From Octopus bimaculoides (lineage: Eukaryota), in assembly GCF_001194135.2 (NCBI RefSeq), contig NC_068984.1, positions 130,880,823-130,944,822 of the forward strand: a DNA stretch of 64,000 bases. The letters run 5' to 3'. The notes beneath the pieces are model-generated. The model was not told the origin of the DNA. It searched no databases and was given only the letters and a program-made list of their open reading frames with translations. Each line of letters begins with the position of its first letter. Position 1 is the stretch's first letter. Shown piece by piece: positions 43,572 to 57,132 of the stretch. The position numbers and the translations under genes were made by a program.

Positions 43572-44169
43572 ATGTATTTATGTGTGAGAACATGCATAGA
43601 TGTTTGTGTGCGAATGTGTGAATTTAATTAGGCTTGTCTTTAAAATTTATTTCCACTGTCAATAAGAAGATAAAGATTATTGTTAACTGATCAACAGGGT
43701 ATTTAAAAATTTTTTCTCTGTTAAACTATACTGTAATTATTATATATTAAAATTTAATCTTTTTCTCCTATGAATGTATAAAACATTGCCATTAGCTTGT
43801 AAGTTATAAAGCAATTTTATATCATAAAATTACAGCTCATCATTAGATTCATTTATAAATTATCATGGCTTGTATCATTGTGTAAAAAGTCACCACTGGG
43901 TTAATATTTAACAGGACAGGGCATTTGTTTAGCAAGCTTATCAAATTATGGAAGGTGGGAAAGAAAGGAAAAGGATTGTTATATAAAGATTAGAATGATA
44001 AAAATTTAGAAAGTACATACACACTGACACACATTCATATGCTGGTACTTATTGGTAATGTTATTTTTAAAAAATTACTGTGAGAAAGAAGTGTAGCTTC
44101 CAAGGTCTTGGTGGTACTATTGGACAAGTAAAATCAGTGGGGGTAGAGTTTTTGTCTGACCTCCTAAAA

Positions 44170-44831
44170 CAGATTCTCTTCCATTTTTTTATCTACGGAC
44201 TCCCTTACATTACTATTTTATTCTGGTGGACCCCCATAGCCATTCAATGTTTAAAAACTAGTTTTATAGAAACTTCTTTCAAAATTCCTATTTTGTTTTT
44301 CAAGAAAGAAATCTAGCTGTTTCTTGCAACACATCTAAAGCAAACTTTTATCAGGAGCCCTTAAAATACTGTAAAAGGTTGATAGTAACAATAGTGACAT
44401 TAGTCTCTCTCTATCACCTTTTAACAAAATTATTTATTAAGAAACAGTAGAACAATTAACAACATAATAAAAATAAGTTTTATTTTGGTGATGCTTTGTT
44501 TTACAAATCCTGTGTCATTCAGCCTGGTAGCCGCTGGTTAACTTGTAATTGGCATCTGGACATTAAGAGCTTCGTTGAGGCATGCCAAAAGAGCAAGTAG
44601 TTGTCACGTCGAAAGCATCACGCTAAACAGGCTTAGAAAGCACGCGACGCGCTTTCAGTACTGGTTTTACTACACCTGCGCACTCGAGGGGCTTCCGGGA
44701 AGGCAAGTACCTTGCGCATGCATAGATTGTACTTCCTTAATAGCGGCCATAATTTCGCGCCACTACAATACTATTGTAGATCCCCAATTTACTATTCATT
44801 ATCTTATATGGACCTTGGTTGAGAACCATTG
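44170..44831. mobile_element. Old hAT (Charlie-like) MITE enclosing a CpG-rich core
   Basis: Right TIR ggttgagaaccattg; decayed left end cagattctcttcca; flanks tcctaaaa / tcctagac match 6 of 8; left arm homologous to 46700-46929. Confidence 0.5.
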
Positions 44832-45705
44832 TCCTAGACAAAAAAAGAAGAAAAAAGTGTACAGATAGAATTCCAGAATGTTTGAACTGTAGAGAAATAA
44901 TTTGCTAAATTATGTAGTACTAAATCTTGGCAAAAAGATTGGATAGAGGAGGAGAGGTGTGTTCACTGGCTTAGCCAAGGTAACTGTAACATGGTGTCAA
45001 TCTAAAGGAGCAAAAGCTGAGGTAGAAGTGGTGTAAGTGACACCGAATAAGCAATATTTCTATGGGATAGTCATTGTTGCTTGCTGGTGAGTGAGTCATT
45101 GTCAGTCAGCCTATGGTACAATGCTTGCATGTGTGACAGCAATAGCATTGTCATCCTAGGTATATAGTTCAGTATATGTTGCACTTGAAATTTCTCTAGG
45201 GCCTGTACTAATAAAAACAAGAGTAATGCCTGGTTCTAAATAGAAAGCATTGTCCCTAGGGTTGCAGATTTGGTTGTCTGCACAAACCATGACCCAAACT
45301 TTATGAAGACCATCATCACTAGTGATGAGACATAGGTTTATGATCTCTGCTCAATGTGTTGTCATCTTGTGTGAAAACGAAAATCTGACACGTGCACACT
45401 ACTACACATCTCTACTCTAAGTGTAACAGCCAGGAACTGATATGGCCTACCCGTGTGAAAATTTTCCCACATGCACAGGAAGGGTGACGCCATCTCCCAC
45501 CCCAAGGATTTTACCCACGTGGCATTAGTTTTGACAGGAAAAAATAAAGTCAGATACTTCTTGAATGTATCTCATATAAACAGTGCATTGTTCACACGAT
45601 GTCAGTTTGATGGAAGGAGGACGCTAATGTATTCTGCATACATTTGATCACTATAAATATATCATTTGTGCAGATTGTTCAGCAAAAACTGAACACTCAC
45701 ATTCC

Positions 45706-45738
<33 letters not shown>

Positions 45739-46186
45739 CACAGTCATGAAAGATCATTAAATAGTGACACCTATAATTTAGTTGTTGATACTTAAACATT
45801 GAGAGGGAGTGGTGCAAGACTATTGATTCATGTAACCAATACATCTTTATCGATAAAGGAAATGTCATGACAGGGTGGTAATGATATTGCTGGTTATATT
45901 CTTTTCATTTCTCTTAAGAGTATTGTGAAACCAGATTACCACACTACTCTCAAGTTAAACATTTACTTTTCCATGCTTGCATGGATAGACAAAATTTGTT
46001 GAGACAAATTCTCTATGGCCAGATGCCTTTCCTGTTCCCAACCTTCACCTGTTTCCAAGCAATGTTACATATCCTCAAAGCTGGACATATTTTCATGGAC
46101 CACATTGCTCAGATATAATGGTAATGTTCGTTTACAACCATCATATGATATCAAAACAGGGAACATATTCATGCACACACACACAT

Positions 46187-46229
<43 letters not shown>

Positions 46230-46699
46230 ATCAACTTCTTTCAGTTTCCATCTACCTGAGCTATAATAGAAAACATTTGTCAAGATACTGCACACTAGGA
46301 CTGAACCTTTGCACCACATTGCTCAGATATAATGGTAACGTTCATTACAATGCCTAAGTCTAAGTGTGTAATTATTTCTGAGTAAATTTTGTCAGCATAG
46401 TTTTGTCTATTTCCAGATTTTTTATAGCAGTCTTTAATTCTTGTTTTGTAATTGATGTTGCTGCATCACTATCCATTTCTTGGTAGACTTTATAAAGCTG
46501 ATAGTACTCAAACTTTACAACTCTTTCAAATTTATGTTTTGGTGAATGGATGATTTCTTTCTTGATCTAACCAGCAACATTTTATGCTGGGAACATCTGA
46601 GTCATTGATGGGAACATTTGAGTCAATGTATTGTTATACGTGTTGGTCTAGTTTCTTGGGAAGTTGCCAGGTGTATCTGCTACATCATCTAAAAATTTT

Positions 46700-46929
46700 A
46701 ACTTTGTCTTTTATGTTCACTCCCGTTTGTTGTTAAAATTTATGCATAATAAATTGGTTATACTTCTGCAGTACACAATATATTTTGACAATTTTTTATA
46801 CAATTCCTAATGGTATTTAATTATAAAACTATAGAATGAATTTTTAAAACATCAAATAGTTATGAGAGTCCACTTAAGTAAAATAGAAATCAATTGGGTC
46901 CAAAGGGAAAAAATGGTTGAGAACCACTG
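46700..46929 (-). mobile_element. hAT MITE terminal fragment, same family as 44170
   Basis: Ends ggttgagaaccactg; reverse complement aligns by eye with 44170-44280. Confidence 0.55.
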
Positions 46930-49585
46930 GTCTTGTTGACCACTCCTGCCAGTTGTCTGTGCATCCTTGCCATTTCAGCAACACAAACATGAAATTATGT
47001 ATCACTACTCATTATAATTCTCATATCATGTACAAATTCTTACTAGAGATTATAATCTCTCATGTGTATTATAATGTTTTAGAAGGCTGGTAGTAAAATA
47101 CTTGAAACTCTCTAACACCGAATTGTATATTGTTTTCATCAGACCCCATATAAAAGCAATGCCGACTGTCTGTAGGTTGTTGACATCATTAAGACTCTTG
47201 ACTACTTTTGATATTTGTCAATACAAGAATAACTAGTTAGAATAGCTTTTATAATAACTATGGATAAGTCTGAATGAGTTATTTCAACTGGTAATGACTC
47301 CCAGCCAGCTCCTTGAATCATTCTTCTTAGAATTGTTGACTTTTTAAATTGTACTTCTGGTGGCAACAACTTGACTTCTTCCTCTTAAAACATCACACAG
47401 CCACTCTCATTTTCTAGCCATACTGAGATTGTGTATCTTCTAACTTATATAATTATTGAAAGCCTTCATAAATCTATCTTTTGTTTGGCTTGGTCTGTTT
47501 AAAATCTGGATAATCTTCTAACTAGTAAAGCACCATACCCTTGCTGTGCTTACAATTACAAACCACACTGCTATTACTTCACACACATTGCAACATAACT
47601 TGTACTGTTTATATTTAAAGAAATATGTTGGAATGTCAACTTTTATCTTCTCTGTTTACTTTTGGAACTCGTTATCTACTTGTAGTAATGAATGATACTT
47701 TAGTAACTGTTATTTATGGGACCCTTACTGTTTTACTCCATATTTTAATTACATTTTTACTGATAGATCATAAAGTCTCCACAGGAAAATTTTTGTCTTT
47801 GTATAGTGTATCTATGCAAATACCTGACTTCATCATTGTAAACTAATGAAACACTCTTCAAATATACAAAGCTCCTGCTGTGAACAGCAGGAACCTTTTT
47901 TTTTTTTTTTAAATAGCTAAATATTGTGGATCCAGTTCAGTGTCAGTCGTTTGAAGCAAAGTAGTTTGGTTCTTCAATTGACAAAAAAAAAAAATCATTA
48001 TCCCAATAAATTTGTTTAAGATAAAGACATACAAATACACCTTAAAATTTGGTAAAATATTTGTCTTCCTTCTATCCGTTTGTTTATTTGATATATATTC
48101 AAATTCAAAGCAGCAATGAAATGTTAGTCACCACCTCTCTTTTTTGCAACCAGCTTCTATTTATTTCTTTCATTAATTTATCCCCCGTCTTCTTATAAAT
48201 GTCTTACAAAAACTCACAAACACAACCAATATTATGATAATGATAAAGCCAGTGGTGCTTACAGTAAAATTAATTAATTAATTATACTAATTTTATTGGA
48301 GGTTATCAAAATAATATCATAATGAAACTCAGTAGCTTTAACATAAACATTATTTTGCTTTTGTTTAAAAAGGCCTAATTCCCTCTATAAATCATTTTAA
48401 CAGTCAGTTGAGAAATCATTAAAAATATGGTATGAGGGTATGATTATAACCAGCTTTCAAGTCATCTTCTCCTCCTTCTCAACAAAATGTACCATCTTAT
48501 TACCTTAGCAAATACACTAACAAATAATATCTAAGATTGCTTGCATCAAAAGACATTGGATAGAGGTAACCAACATTTGTTTGCTTGAACAAAGTAACTC
48601 AGATTATATGAAGGGATTTCTAATAGGTTGGCATGGATGACTCAGTAATGCAGTGGCTAATACAATCAGGAAAATCTCAGTTTATGCAATCTTAGGGTAC
48701 ATATTATTGATTATACTTTTATTACACCATTTATTGGAGCAGTGGAATGACAGAATTAGTAGAATATGACATTAAATGCCATGTGGTATTTATGTAATCT
48801 TCCTATTTTGTATTCAGCTTCTACTGGGTTTGACAATGATGTTCATCGTTCTGGGGTCAAATCAATCAATTACAATCACATTCTCTATAAATTTGTGGTC
48901 TTGTACCAAAATTAGAAATCAATATATGATTATCTAAGTCTTCTATCCAACCAGTTAATATCTCATGCTGTTAAGACAATTAAGAATGCTGTTACCATTT
49001 TGTGTCTGCTTTGACTTGATCAGATACAAATGCAGATAAATGTTTGTCTTGCATGTATTGTGATTTCATATTCTAGCTAGATATTCTTTTGGGTTCTTTC
49101 AAAAAGTTTGTTTTTTGTTTTATTTGGTTTGTCTGATTTGACATTAACAGGAAGGACAGAACAATGCACAGGTAGATAGAATAGTGGTTAAGATATTTGG
49201 TAGCTGAAGCCGCCTCGAACTAACAAATATTGTCGGAAGAAGCAACATATTTTTATCTAGCCCTCAGAGAATCTATGTCCTCTTCAAATACAAAAAAAAA
49301 AAATGTGTGTGTGAAGTGTATAATTTAATCCATACAATTCCTGTACTTAGATGTTCAACAATCTACAGACATTTTGCTATGTTAGCAACAAGCAAGAACA
49401 TTAGTATAATATCAATGAAAGTAATTGCCTATAAAATTCATCTCCTGACACATTGGTACATTAACAGTGCATAACTATAGTCATGGCATCAGAATTTCCA
49501 GCCTTGCAGTTACAAGATACACCAGCCATACATTTTTATATTACAGTGAAGGTCTGTCTCTGCCATGTGAACAAAAGATATATAT

Positions 49586-49639
<54 letters not shown>

Positions 49640-52600
49640 TTTAAACTGATTATTACATTTATTTTCCTTAACCAAAACTCTGTGTTGTGTAATAACTAAA
49701 ATTGCTTCAACTCCACATTAATTTGAATCTTTGCATGTGTAAAATGGCCTAAAAGCATACTTAATGCAATAAGGTTTGAAATTTTTTTTTGTCTTGTTTT
49801 ATGACTAAGTCAGAGGAGGAAAGGCAGTCTTCCTGACCTTTCTTTTCTGAACCTTTGCGACAGATGTAAGGGAAAAAAACAGTTGTCCTCACACTGAAGG
49901 CATAGTCTCAATGCTTGTAACTGTAAACTCTGTTAGGCTAAGTTTTTCTCCGAAGAACAGAAATGGTCCTTCTGACGAGCTTCAACAAACTTTCCATTTA
50001 CTAAATTTCACTGAGAAGTTTTGATCAACTTGAGGCTCTAGTAGAAGGTACATAGATTACATTGTTGCTAAACAAACTTCTGAATGACATGGCCTTTATT
50101 GTTTCAGCAAACAGTCCCATAACCTTGCACATCTGGGTATTCAGGAACATATGTATGTTGTGCTCCAATGCCTGTTTTAGCATAGTTTCTATGGTTTGGT
50201 GCCCTTCCTAATACTAAACATTTTTATAGGGTGTACTGGGTGCTTTTTCCGTGGGACCAGCATTAATGAGGTGGTCTTGCAAGACTTAAGAGCTTAAAGA
50301 GGCCCCTATAACTATAAGAGAGTAGGGAGAGATAGAGATAATTTTAAGCAAGGTGATGAGAGAAGGTGAAGTGTGAGAGGCACAGATTTAAATTTAAATA
50401 ATAATAACTGATTGATACACTAGATTACCTGATAGTGTATGTAGTGGTATTGCAACTCAAACTGAACACTAACATCAACACTTTGAGAGGTTAATTAGTC
50501 ATCCAAAAACTTTTATTGTTTATCACTACATTGTTGTTGGTTAGCCACAGATGAACCCAGGTGAGCAGACCTATGATCAAATGTTTTGCAGCCATGAACA
50601 TTACATGCTCCCAGGCATCACATATCTAAGACTACATAATCCAATATATCTGACCATTTTCAAGACAGTATGGTGCAATTTAGAGGAGACTACAATACTC
50701 TTTCTGCATCAGAACACTGCATAGAGGCTGTCATGTTGATGCCCTGAGTTCTTTCTCTTTGAGAATTGTGATTAGGACTTTGACAATTATACAACTGCCA
50801 TTGTTAAACATTACTGAACAAGACTAAAAAAGAAAACAAAGTCATGCTCAAGATGGCCTTGAAAACATGTAACTTAGAACAGTCTACTTGGGAACATCTT
50901 GCTAATTGAATAGATCTGAAATGGATGAAAAGCAAAGTTAACCTCAATGGAATTTGAACTTAGAACATAAAGACAGATGAAATACCACTTCTAAAATACT
51001 AAATTTTTTCAAAAACATTAAGAGTAAACCCTGTTCTATGTGACATATTCTACTGGTATTGGACATTTCAAAGTGTTTAGTTAAAAAAAAATTAATGAAA
51101 TAATCTGTACGTCAAAGTCAACCTTGGCGAAATTTGAACTCAAAAATGTAAAGACAGATGAAATACAGTTAAGCATTTCACCCAGCGTGCTAACGTTTCT
51201 GCGAGCTCGCTGCATTAGAAATTTAAAATTTATTTTAGAAATATATTCTTTATTGTTATAGCTGAAGCATTACTCCCTTACTCTCTTACTTACTGACAGG
51301 AAATTTCGTAGCATTTTACCTCATAACTCTTTTTCTACTAGTGATTCTGAATTCCTCATGCATTTTTCTGTCATTTAAGCTTAAGAAAGGTATACTTTTA
51401 ATTTAAAATTAAAAATTTTATGTTAATTGAAGGTTAATAGTTGCCTTACTGCCCCCCCCCCCACCNNNNNNNNNNNNNNNNNNNNNNNGAGGTTGCAGAT
51501 ATTTTGATGTAACTTTTTTCTACTGAACCAAATCTCAAACTATTTATGCCAAAGTGTAGTTGAGGAGGTGTCCTCTTTAAAACTGTCAACCGTTTGCAAT
51601 TTAGTTGAGAACTGAATTAGTGGTGAAGCTTGGAAGCTGCTGCATTGATGAAACAGTGGACTTAAGAATATATTCAACCACTACCGTAGTTAAATGATAT
51701 GAGTTTGTATATAAACACAATGCTTTATATGATAGAGCCACCCTTAAATAAAACAAAAAAAATAAAACAAGTACTTTGCAACCCAAGTAAGAGTGATATC
51801 TTTACTCTTTAAATAATGTTTGAAATTTTTCTGTTTAAACTATCATGTAGGCCTTGCTTTTAAGATTTCATATTTCATTACTGATAAAAAATTCAATTTG
51901 AAATTAGGATCACTTATCTGTTCCTTTAGCCTTATGTTTTGTTCTGTGTGAAACAATTATAAAGAAACACAATAAGAATGAATGTATATATATCTATCCT
52001 TTTGTGACCAGAAGCCTTAAAATCAATTCACGCATATATACACACCCACACACACACATATATATATATATTCCAGGTGTCCATGAAGTAACTGTTATAT
52101 AAAGTTATTTTTTTAAAGACTGTGTTGGCTGATTTTTTTTTTTTTACTGCATGTTACAAAAATCCATCAATGTTAATTGAATTATTGATATTTTGTTTTC
52201 TCTGTATTGTATACTAGTGACGCTGTACTAAAGAATTAGTAGGTTAGTGACAAAGAACCATTGATAAGTTTGTATAGAAAGAAAAGAGTAACAAATCTCT
52301 ATCTACCTTTCTGTCTCTCTATCCTTCTCTCCTTCTTTCTTCCCCTCTTTCTTTCTTTCAACTATTTTTAATGTATTGGGCATAATTCTAATGAAAGAGA
52401 GCAAAATTACTAAGGTGCAGATTTATTGGTCAACATGTCATAGAATAAAATTTTTTCACAGTTTTATACTAAAGTTAGATGCATTTCGCCTCAACTAACA
52501 TTTGTTTCACATATCACAACAAAATCACCTTTAAAACACCCTACAGAGATACCAAAAGTGCTAGATTCCTATAGATACTGGTGAGTTGTAAGAGGTCATA

Positions 52601-53358
52601 GTTTCTTCATGGCACTTTATAATTCTATCCAAATGGATTCTCTTGCAAAATGATTTAATTAGGCTGCTGTTAATTACTTGACCAATATCAATGGATACTA
52701 AGGAATTAATTCAGTATAAACTGATGACCATATTCTGTTGGATAATTCATACTAGTTGCCCAAAACCAACTAATTTCCTTCATCTAATTTGGAGATCAGT
52801 CAGAAAATAAGTTGAGCCAAAATAATGTCAAGCTATTTACTAGGCATACAACACAAGCTAATCAATAAATCTAAACTGACTGAAACACAGTAAAAATAAA
52901 TCCATGAACAAATAAATAAAGTTAAAAAGACATCTTCCACAAATATGTGGTATTTTAGTTCTTTTTTTTTACATGTCCCCGGGTGAAATTAGATTTACCA
53001 AAATGAAATAATCAAAGAGAAAAAGATTATAACTATCAATGACAAGGCATATAACATTATTCTAGTACACTTCAGATTACAGTTGTCATGGATGGTTGAT
53101 CTAATACAACAAATATGTTTAATCAACTGAAGCATGAAAACCATATATCTACATACATCTGTATATTTGCAGCACAAAATCAATTGTAAAACATTTTTTT
53201 AGAGTTCAATTATTGAAGCTTGCTTGCCCAACCATATAGTTTCAGATTCTGTCCCACTGTGAAACACTTTGGGCAAGTGCCTTCTACTATAACCTTGCAC
53301 CAGCCAAAGCCATGTGAGTGGATTCCATAGCTATAAAATGGAAAAAGCTTGTCATGTA

Positions 53359-53714
53359 TACTCTTTACTTGTTTCAGTCATTTGACTGCGGCCATGCTGG
53401 AGCACCGCCTTTAGTTGAGCAAATCGACCCCAGGACTTATTCTTTGGAAGCCTAGTACTTATTCTATCAGTCTCTTTTGCCGAACCGCTAAGTTACGGGG
53501 ACGTAAACACACCAGCATCAGTTGTCAAGAGATGGTGGGGGGACAAACACAGACACACAAATACACACACACACATATATATATACATATATATACGACG
53601 CACTTCTTTCAGTTTCCATCTACCAAATCCACTCACAAGGCTTTGGTCAGCCCGAGGCTATAGTAGAAGACACTTGCCCAAGGTGCTACGCAGTGGGACT
53701 GAACCCGGAACCAT
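53359..53714 (-). mobile_element. Young type A SINE, head truncated
   Basis: Highly similar to 21023-21417 up to gaacccggaaccat. Confidence 0.9.
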
Positions 53715-56571
53715 CAACATTGCCTGTTAATGTCTATCTACCATGCTGATTTAGGTCAGATGGTTTGACAGGATCCAAGAACTGTATCATGCTCCAGTGG
53801 TTGCTTTGACATGTCTTCTACAGTTGGATGCCTTTCTGAATGCGAACTTCTTTACAGAGTATACTGAATGCTTTTTACATGGCACCAGCTTGTGTAATGT
53901 CACCTTACATCTTGCAAAACTAAGATCCTCTTTGAATGAGTGGGTCTGTAGGTAGAGATGGATGTGGTTTTATTTTAAAAGATGACATGTTAGAGTGTGA
54001 AAACAAGGGCCAGGACAGAACAGGTTTCTTACTGTAGAGAAACATCAAAGCTTCTCACATTATAGAGGAGAGGGGGGAATAATTTGGGTGGAGTTGGAAA
54101 AAGAGATAAAATAGTGATGGTGAGGTGTCAAGATGGATCTTCAAGACATGAAATGAGTAGAAGAGAGCGGAAACAGAAGAACAAGAAATTTAGATTGGTA
54201 GAAGTTGCATGGATGGTTAGAAATAGTGAGTGGGTGAATATAATGAATGAAGAACTAGTGTTGAGGGATGATAAATGTACACTGGGGGGGGGGGAGACAG
54301 GGAAGGGTAAGTGATGACTGACAGTACAGAAAGGAGTGAAGAACAGTATGACAGTAATAATTATATAGTAGACAGGGGTAGGATGAAAGAAAGTGATGAT
54401 GTTTGGGTGGATAGGTTGCAAGAGTGTGAGGGGAGAGGCAAATATAGTGCATGAGGGGAGTGAGAGCAGTGTGGTGGCAGAGGAGAAATTATTTGGTGGC
54501 ACAGAAGGGTGATCAATGTGAAATATACAGAGAGGTGGACAGTGTTAAAAAATGAAGGATGGATATCAAATGAAATGGTTCTGGATAGAGAGAAAAGTAA
54601 CTAGTATCAGACAAAAAGATGATGAAATACACAGTTTGTTCACAGTAATTACAGTAACAGAAAACTGCAGATTGACAAGTGATGGAAGGGTCAGTAACTG
54701 AGATGTTGTATGGTGGGAACAGCTTGAGAAGAATATAGAGAAAGGGGTCCACTTGAGTGCAAGTACATTGTGTTTCCAGAATCTTTAGTTTTGTTGAGAT
54801 GGAGTCTTCTCGAGTACAGCACATCATCTTGGTATTTTGTCTTCCCCTCCATAAGGTTTTATGTATAATTGTGTAGGTTTATGTATATATATCTTCGCAT
54901 ATGTGTTTGTATATGAGTGTGTGTGTATATATATGTGTGTGCGTATGTATGCATATATATATGTGTGTGTATGTGTGCAGAAACCTGTTATATTTCTGTG
55001 CTTATGTGTGTGTGTGTGTATGGGAGGTGGGGTTGATATGATTGACTAAAATCTTTCAGCATGATACTCCAGCATGGCCACAGTTTAATGACTAACAATT
55101 AAAAGAATATAAGTTATAAACATGGTTTTTCTTTATGATTTAACTGCCATCTTGTAATGTCCAAACGATCAGTTTTTTTTATGACTCGAGGCTGCCATTC
55201 TGTGAAGTCCAAACAATCAGTTTCTTATGGCTTGTCTTATGTGATGTAGACCATATTCCAGGATATTTATGAATGAAAGCATTCTGTCTACAACGTGGTG
55301 TACAAATCTGAGGCTGCTTATGCAAGACATTATAAATGATAGGAACATTTTCGTACAGTATTCCAAATGAAGCTGATTATAGAATTACAGCGAGTGGGGT
55401 ATATTCAATTATCGTCTGTTGGACAAGATGCAAATGAAATACTTGATCAACAACCAATAAAATATTGATATTTATACTAGAGTATGCACATGTATGCAAA
55501 TGACGAAAACTAACCACTAACCATTGAATGCAGGACTGATCTAGTGAAATTCATCTTAGTGACGGTATCAAAACCTATAGCATGTGGTTATTATGAATCG
55601 TAAGTGTTTGAAATAAACTGAAGAACAATTGTTATTCCACGCATGCATTTAGGAGACATATAACATACAACTGGATGTGAAGTATTAATCACTGAGAACC
55701 ATCAGTCACTAATAAAACATTTTCAGTAAGAACTAAGAAATAAAATATTGGAAGTTTTACCTGTCAGAAAAAGCATCCAAATTTCTCTCAAAATTCATTT
55801 TACTGTCTTAAATGAAGGACATGCAGATAATGCACTTCATGATACGAAGAAATATGTGTCATGAAGGCTTGGTGGTAAAAGAGTTATTAATAGTGGTTGC
55901 TGAAAATTTAAGTGTCCCATATAATTGTGTCTAGAATAAAAGAGCTACTTGATGATCAGTCACTACAAAATCAGTAGTGTACTTGTGTAGGCACAAAGCT
56001 TAAGTGAATGAGAAATTATTACATTCACACCTGCTTCAAGGGCATTAGTAATTAGAAGTGAATGTACTACATTTGAAAAATACAACTGGTTTATGAACTT
56101 GTCTTGTTAGAAATTGACAAGAGCATGGGGATATTTAGCCAGTTCTGTTTGGAAGAAATGTCAGTGACAATCTTTAATTTACATTGTATCTTATTTTTCT
56201 TTGTTCTAAAAATACATCTCACTGATTCCTCATCCATCCTGCTGAAAACCATTTCTCTAAACTTAACTGCAAAAACCATATAAAAACTTATTGAATGTAA
56301 CATTTTCACGTGACTTTTGTGATAAATGAATTTATTCAATGTGTTACAGTAACACGGAAACTTCTTTACTGTGTAGCACAGAAACTGATTTATACAATAG
56401 TCCACAAACTTGTTCACTGACTTGATTACAGTTACATGGGATATATTTAAGACAACAAGCTGGCTTGTTTCTAATTATGTTAAGCTGTGTTCAAATATGC
56501 ACATACATACTCTGATCCGTTCTTACTGCTATGTTCTTGGAGACACATTTTCATACTCACAAACACAGATA

Positions 56572-56807
56572 CAGTAATCCCTCGACTATCATGGGTTTTA
56601 CTTTCCAAAACCCCCTGCGATTGGTGAAAATCCGCGAAGTAGAAACAGTACTGTTCTGTATATTTTTAAAAATTATTTTTGTAATTTGTATATATTCATT
56701 TTATTATAAATGCAAGACAACACATGGAGGAATCGATGTAAGCTTAAATAATAAACTGCAATAGGTGAACCACAATAGGTGAACCATGATATGGCAAGGG
56801 ATTACTG
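56572..56807. mobile_element. pogo/Tigger-like MITE, 236 bp
   Basis: TA TSD; TIR cagtaatccctcg / caagggattactg. Confidence 0.85.
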
Positions 56808-57086
56808 TATAAACATACATGCAGACTGATATATTTATGGTGACACAGGCATACACAAATACCCCAACACATTCACTGTGGTACATGGACTGAGTGACAT
56901 ATTCACTGCGTGACATAATATGAGCATACAAAAACACTCAGTAGTACATGTTGATAGACCCCCTACACATACTGTAGTGTCCACATTCACACATGTGCAC
57001 ACCTACACATTTTAACACTAACACATACACATAAGTATATCCAGTGATAAACACCCATACATCCTAATGTGTTCCAGAAATACACT

Positions 57087-57132
<46 letters not shown>

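Noticed and set aside
54619-54701. Box C/D snoRNA-like arrangement (ATGATGA...TTGA...TGATGG...CTGA)
   Set aside because: Weak terminal stem, no rRNA or snRNA complement that I can recognise, and embedded in a degenerate purine-rich tract; snoscan could overturn this.
54060-54850. Purine-rich tract with minus-strand ORFs 54128-54502 and 54513-54827
   Set aside because: Composition-driven ORFs with no recognisable domain; possibly an old retroelement but unassignable.
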